Assembly: GCA_965219345.1 (NCBI GenBank)
Contig: OZ244732.1
Coordinates: 320,001 to 384,000 of the forward strand
Length of the DNA: 64,000 bases
Direction of reading: 5' to 3'
Source: Nitrosopumilus sp.
Lineage (GTDB): Archaea > Thermoproteota > Nitrososphaeria > Nitrososphaerales > Nitrosopumilaceae
Under the pieces are notes generated by a model. That model did no database searches and was not told where the DNA came from. It saw only the letters and a program-made list of their open reading frames with translations. Each line of letters opens with the position of its first letter. Position 1 is the stretch's first letter. A program made the translations under genes and the position numbers. Positions 59,659-64,000 of the stretch are shown piece after piece.

Positions 59659-60213
59659 ATGAATTACAATAAAGAATTTTGGAATAAATATGCAGATGAG
59701 AATGAAGTAAGATACAATGAAGAATTTGCAAAATATACAAGGGATTTGGCTACTTCTTTAAAATGTACAAGTATTCTAGAGATTGGATGTGGAACTGGAA
59801 TTGACTTGAGATTATTTACTGATGAATGCCAAATTCATGGAATTGATCTAAACGATAATGCTTTGAATATGGCAAAAGAAAAATGTCCCATTGTAAATTT
59901 TAAGAAAGGAACTATCACTGATTTGCCATTTGAAGATTCGTCTATAGACTTTGTTTTTACACACCAATTATTGAATTATTTAGATGATGATACATTAGAA
60001 AAAGGAGTTGCAGAAATGTATAGAGTAGCTGGAAAATACATAATGAATTGTGAAAAATTTGAAGAAACAGAAAAACAAATTGATGAGAATCACAAATTTC
60101 GTAACATGTACAAAAGATGGATAAATTATAAGGTAAAAATTGTAAGTGACGTAGATATGCATGAAGATATAGAACCTGACAAAGCTAGATTTACTCTATT
60201 AAGAAAACTGTAA
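59659..60213 (+). CDS. Class I SAM-dependent methyltransferase
   Basis: ILEIGCGTG, GIDLN, LPFEDSSIDFV; probable start 59659. Confidence 0.9.
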   Translation: MNYNKEFWNKYADENEVRYNEEFAKYTRDLATSLKCTSILEIGCGTGIDLRLFTDECQIHGIDLNDNALNMAKEKCPIVNFKKGTITDLPFEDSSIDFVFTHQLLNYLDDDTLEKGVAEMYRVAGKYIMNCEKFEETEKQIDENHKFRNMYKRWINYKVKIVSDVDMHEDIEPDKARFTLLRKL

Positions 60214-60219
60214 TTTTAT

Positions 60220-60905
60220 TTATTTTTGAGTTGATACAGATAACATTGATATAGATTTTGGCAGTTTAATGGTAAAAGTAGTAGGATTATTTTTTATAGA
60301 AATTTCACCCTGATGTTGCTCTATAATGTTCTTACAGCTTGCCAAACCAAGACCGGTACCTCTTTGTTTAGTAGTAAATAGAGGCTCAAACACTTTAGCA
60401 AGATTATCATTAGGAATCCCTTCGCCGGAATCAACAAACTGCAAAATTACCATATTATTTTTTTCATCAATTTTAATCTCAATTTTTCCACCTTCATGCA
60501 TTGCCTGAATTGAGTTTACAATAAGATTAATGAATACAGCATCCAGTTTGTCTACATCGCAATCAGTTTGTACATCATTACTAGAAATAGTAAATCCAAC
60601 ATCATCTGGAACATTAATTTTTTGCATAGAATTTTCAACAAGTTAGCGTACAGAAACAGTTACTAATTTTAGTGGAGAAGTTCGTACATATCCCAAAACA
60701 TCATCTACTTGATGAGATATTCTATCAATGCTTTTTTCTATTAAATTAATACGATTAACTATTGTTGGTTCAGAGATTTTTGAATCTGCAGAGGTTTGTT
60801 TAATCATATCTACAGACATTTTCATAACAGATAATGGATTTCTCAAGTCATGTGCAAGACGTCCAGATAATTCTCTAATTGCCGATAAACGTTCTGATTT
60901 TAATA
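60220..60905 (-). pseudogene. Sensor histidine kinase remnant (no sensor domain, in-frame stop)
   Basis: RLAHDLRNPL (H box), NLIVNSIQA, DSGEGI, GTGLGL; TAA at 60643-45. Confidence 0.85.
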
Positions 60906-61186
60906 CCTTGTTTTTTCAGTGTTTTAATATCTTTATTTGGAATAACTATTGAATTGAGACTAACGCCTCTAAAAGGGATATTTGAATCTATGAGATATGA
61001 AAGTGTCTTTTTTTTATCCTCATCACTTGCAAAAGTGACAGTAGATGCTCCGTTTTCTATTATATTCATAATATCAATTATATTTCTTATAATCATTATA
61101 AAACCTTGTTCCCTTTTGGGAACATAAATTACGCCTAAACTAAACGATCTAGACATAATATTAAAACAATATAATATAATTTTCAA
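60875..61186 (-). CDS. Hypothetical protein
   Basis: 103-aa ORF overlapping the kinase remnant in another frame. Confidence 0.4.
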   Translation of the reverse strand: MKIILYCFNIMSRSFSLGVIYVPKREQGFIMIIRNIIDIMNIIENGASTVTFASDEDKKKTLSYLIDSNIPFRGVSLNSIVIPNKDIKTLKKQGIKIRTFIGN

Positions 61187-61457
61187 ATTAGATTCATAAT
61201 TTAAGAAGATTATTCAGGATTAAACCTTCTGTAAAAAATAGATCATATAAAATAGAGTTAAGAATTAAAAGATCAAAAATGTCCACTTTGTAACTGTAAT
61301 AGTATCAGAGAAATCACCATTAGAAACAGTAATTACATTAGAATCAAGTTTATTAACCAAATCAACCCCACGAACCATTAACTTGTTAGAACTTACAATT
61401 TTAGAACAATTAACAAAAACACTACATCCCTGTAATCATTATTTTAAGAATTAAAAA

Positions 61458-63518
61458 ATGAAACCTGTAATAATTATTGCAATAGCATTTGTCATTCTGT
61501 TTGTGCCGATTACCACTTTTGCAGAAACTGAATCATTTACAGTTGCTGCAAGAAATTATTATGATTATCAAATTTTTATGAATAACGGAGACGAGATAAG
61601 TTTTGCAATGGTAGTAAATGGTGGCTCTAATGACGATATTTATTTTACACTTTACTCCCCAACTGGTTCAAAATTAATTGATGGTGTTGTCTATGATTAT
61701 TTTTCAGATAATTTTCCAGCCATTAATTCTGGAACGTACACTTTTAGATTTGACAATACTGGTTCTATAATATCAAACAAAGGTGTAGAGTTTTCCTATG
61801 AAGTTCAAACAAACACATACTATGTCTATGTAAATCCATTACCTAGTTTGAATCATTATGCTGGAGATGCTGTTTTTGATTCCACCGAAGCATGGAAAGA
61901 TGCAAATCCCAATCTAAATTTCTATAAAGCAGATACCCCTCAGGATGCAAATCTAAAAATACAATGGGTTAAGGAATTTGGAGTAGAGCATGTTGGTTAT
62001 GCATATGGTAGTCATTTTATCGAAGTTGGATTAGGGGATAGTAATTGTACTGGTGATTGGCAACCATTTTCAGCTAATCATATTAATTGGATAATGAAGC
62101 ATGAAATTGGGCATGTTTTAGGGTTGGAACATAGTTCTGATCCTTCATCCATAATGTATCCAACTGCACCTAGTGCACAATATGGTCTAATAGAACAACA
62201 AGTTACAATGACAGAAGGATATGTTCAATTTGTTCCCTTTTGTAATAGTAAAACCATTACTGATTTTAGTTACAACGTAAATTCAGATGATCCTACATAT
62301 GGTTTTGATGTGTATGTAGTGCCATCAGTAAATGAATTCCATAAAGCAGTAGATGGAAATTCTTTTAGTCATTATTCATCAAGTGAATGCTTTGGTGAAG
62401 GGTATTTGGAATATTCTGGGACATGTAAAGGACTTTCTCAAGGAAGTGGGTTACTTGTTGTCCTCGATAATAGGCAAACAAGTGGTCTGACAACATTAAC
62501 TATCAAACAGCAAGAAGCATCAATATCTTCAACTAGTTTGCAATTCACAAAAACTGCAACTATTTCATATGATTATCCTACAGTTTATGAAGAAAATCAA
62601 CAAGCATTAGAGGATATATTTTCTCAATTACAAGATGAACAAATTAACGCTGAAAATGAAAAAAAGATCCTAGAAGATAAACTTGCAAAGATATTGGAAG
62701 AGAAAGAAACACCTGCACCAAAAACATCTAAACCAGAACTAGAAATGATTTGTGAAGACTTTACTTTTGGTAAATATACTGACCTTGAAGATTATTCATT
62801 GTTATCTGAACTAGCCTTCCAAGGATTAACAGAAAGTAATCTAGACACTAGTGAAATTTTAGTTGAATATGAAGGAAATACTTTATACGATTTTGAATGT
62901 CAAACTTTTTACAAAAAGTGGAAACAAGTTACAGCCGAAGCAGAAAGATGGAATAATTCATGTTCCCATTTAGGTAAATTTCCTAATGCAGATAAAATTA
63001 GAGAAATGTATAATTTCTTTCCTGTTTGTCGGTTTGCGGATCTTGATCAATTAGCTGATCCAGCACCGACACAAAAAAATGAGATAGTTTGTGGATCTGG
63101 AACAATAGAAAAGAATGGTCAATGTGTTCCAGATACTAAATCTAAAGGCGGTGGTTGTCTAATTGCCACTGCAACATACGGCTCAGAACTAGCACCACAA
63201 GTACAACAACTACGAGAGCTTAGAGATAATTCATTACTAAACACAGAATCAGGATCTGCATTTATGGAATCATTCAATAATTTTTACTACTCATTTAGTC
63301 CAATTATTGCTGATTATGAACGTGAAAATCCAATATTTCGAGAAGCAGTAAAAATTGCAATCACTCTGATGATTACTAGTTTATCTATTTTGAATTATGT
63401 TGAAATGGATTCAGAAGCTAAAGTGTTAGGGTATGGGGTATTTTTGATTTTATTGAATATTGGAATGTATTTTGTAACACCAATTGCAATATTCTTAAGA
63501 ATTAGAAAATTAATTTAA
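61458..63518 (+). CDS. Secreted GOLD-like + matrixin (M10) metalloprotease + CFI-box-CTERM protein
   Basis: GTYTFRFDN; HEIGHVLGLEHS..SIMYP; GGGCLIATATYGSE; C-terminal TM. Confidence 0.9.
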   Translation: MKPVIIIAIAFVILFVPITTFAETESFTVAARNYYDYQIFMNNGDEISFAMVVNGGSNDDIYFTLYSPTGSKLIDGVVYDYFSDNFPAINSGTYTFRFDNTGSIISNKGVEFSYEVQTNTYYVYVNPLPSLNHYAGDAVFDSTEAWKDANPNLNFYKADTPQDANLKIQWVKEFGVEHVGYAYGSHFIEVGLGDSNCTGDWQPFSANHINWIMKHEIGHVLGLEHSSDPSSIMYPTAPSAQYGLIEQQVTMTEGYVQFVPFCNSKTITDFSYNVNSDDPTYGFDVYVVPSVNEFHKAVDGNSFSHYSSSECFGEGYLEYSGTCKGLSQGSGLLVVLDNRQTSGLTTLTIKQQEASISSTSLQFTKTATISYDYPTVYEENQQALEDIFSQLQDEQINAENEKKILEDKLAKILEEKETPAPKTSKPELEMICEDFTFGKYTDLEDYSLLSELAFQGLTESNLDTSEILVEYEGNTLYDFECQTFYKKWKQVTAEAERWNNSCSHLGKFPNADKIREMYNFFPVCRFADLDQLADPAPTQKNEIVCGSGTIEKNGQCVPDTKSKGGGCLIATATYGSELAPQVQQLRELRDNSLLNTESGSAFMESFNNFYYSFSPIIADYERENPIFREAVKIAITLMITSLSILNYVEMDSEAKVLGYGVFLILLNIGMYFVTPIAIFLRIRKLI

Positions 63519-63522
63519 TTTA

Positions 63523-64000
63523 TCATTTTAATTTTTTTACCAATTCTTTCAATGAAATAATCTCATGTTCATCTAACATTTTCTTTATTTGTTCTTTGAG
63601 ATCATCAGACATTGAAAAACAAAGACCTTCAGTACACAATTTTGTGTCAAAAACACCTTCCATAGCTTCACTTCGTAATTCAGTAAGTTGATGTAGATCA
63701 CCTTCACTTCGTTTTAGAATTTCTAGTTGAATGCTTTGCTTGAATCCTCCTATTTCCTCATAAGCTTTTTCCTGTTCACTAGGTGAGAATGTTTCTGCAA
63801 GTTTTGATAAAGCTCCAATTCCTGTTGGCCCGTCTGATGTTGTTAGTTTATCTTGTAATGTGGAAGAAAGATTTAGAAGAGTCAAATATTTTTTTATTGT
63901 AGAAACAGAAACTCCAGTTTCTCGTGCAACTTTTGTATAATCATTATATTTTTCATAAATTGTTTTATAGGCTTTAGCTTTATCGAGTGGATTCATATCT
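63523..64000 (-). CDS. ParB-like protein, C-terminal part (partial)
   Basis: MNPLDKAKAY..VARETGVSVSTIKKYLTLL (ParB HTH); frame open to window end. Confidence 0.75.
   Translation of the reverse strand, partial: DMNPLDKAKAYKTIYEKYNDYTKVARETGVSVSTIKKYLTLLNLSSTLQDKLTTSDGPTGIGALSKLAETFSPSEQEKAYEEIGGFKQSIQLEILKRSEGDLHQLTELRSEAMEGVFDTKLCTEGLCFSMSDDLKEQIKKMLDEHEIISLKELVKKLK

Noticed and set aside
487-60645. Stop-codon reassignment explaining in-frame stops
   Set aside because: Internal stops include TGA, TAG and TAA, co-occur with frameshifts, and all three codons terminate core genes.

Overview
AT-rich archaeal window from an ammonia-oxidising Nitrosopumilus-like thaumarchaeon. Evidence: the 4-hydroxybutyryl-CoA dehydratase plus ADP-forming 4-hydroxybutyrate-CoA ligase pair of the HP/HB cycle, aIF5B-ndk-rpl24e-rps28e-rpl7ae, Lsm-rpl37e, and CFI-box-CTERM proteins. 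Layout: (i) 1-18.5 kb, decayed accessory/defence region with nucleases, many pseudogenes and a GC-richer IS6-family composite island (9962-14192); (ii) 18.6-45.7 kb, mostly core genes with tRNA-Leu and tRNA-Ala; (iii) 45.7-55.4 kb, element integrated at tRNA-Val(TAC) with a stop-disrupted tyrosine integrase and a GHKL-ATPase/AbiEii/nuclease module; (iv) 55.5-64 kb, core genes then accessory genes. Top observation: a textbook archaeal C/D-box guide sRNA (10330-10412) in the leader of the IS6 transposase, whose D guide is complementary to the universal 16S decoding-site motif and predicts 2'-O-methylation at U1498 (E. coli numbering). Other highlights: a candidate GHKL-AbiEi fusion/AbiEii defence system, two CRISPR-sized repeat-filler-repeat scars inside genes, an inverted SWIM domain, a degenerate cargo tRNA-Arg and an orphan structured RNA. 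All calls come from reading the sequence; no searches were run.
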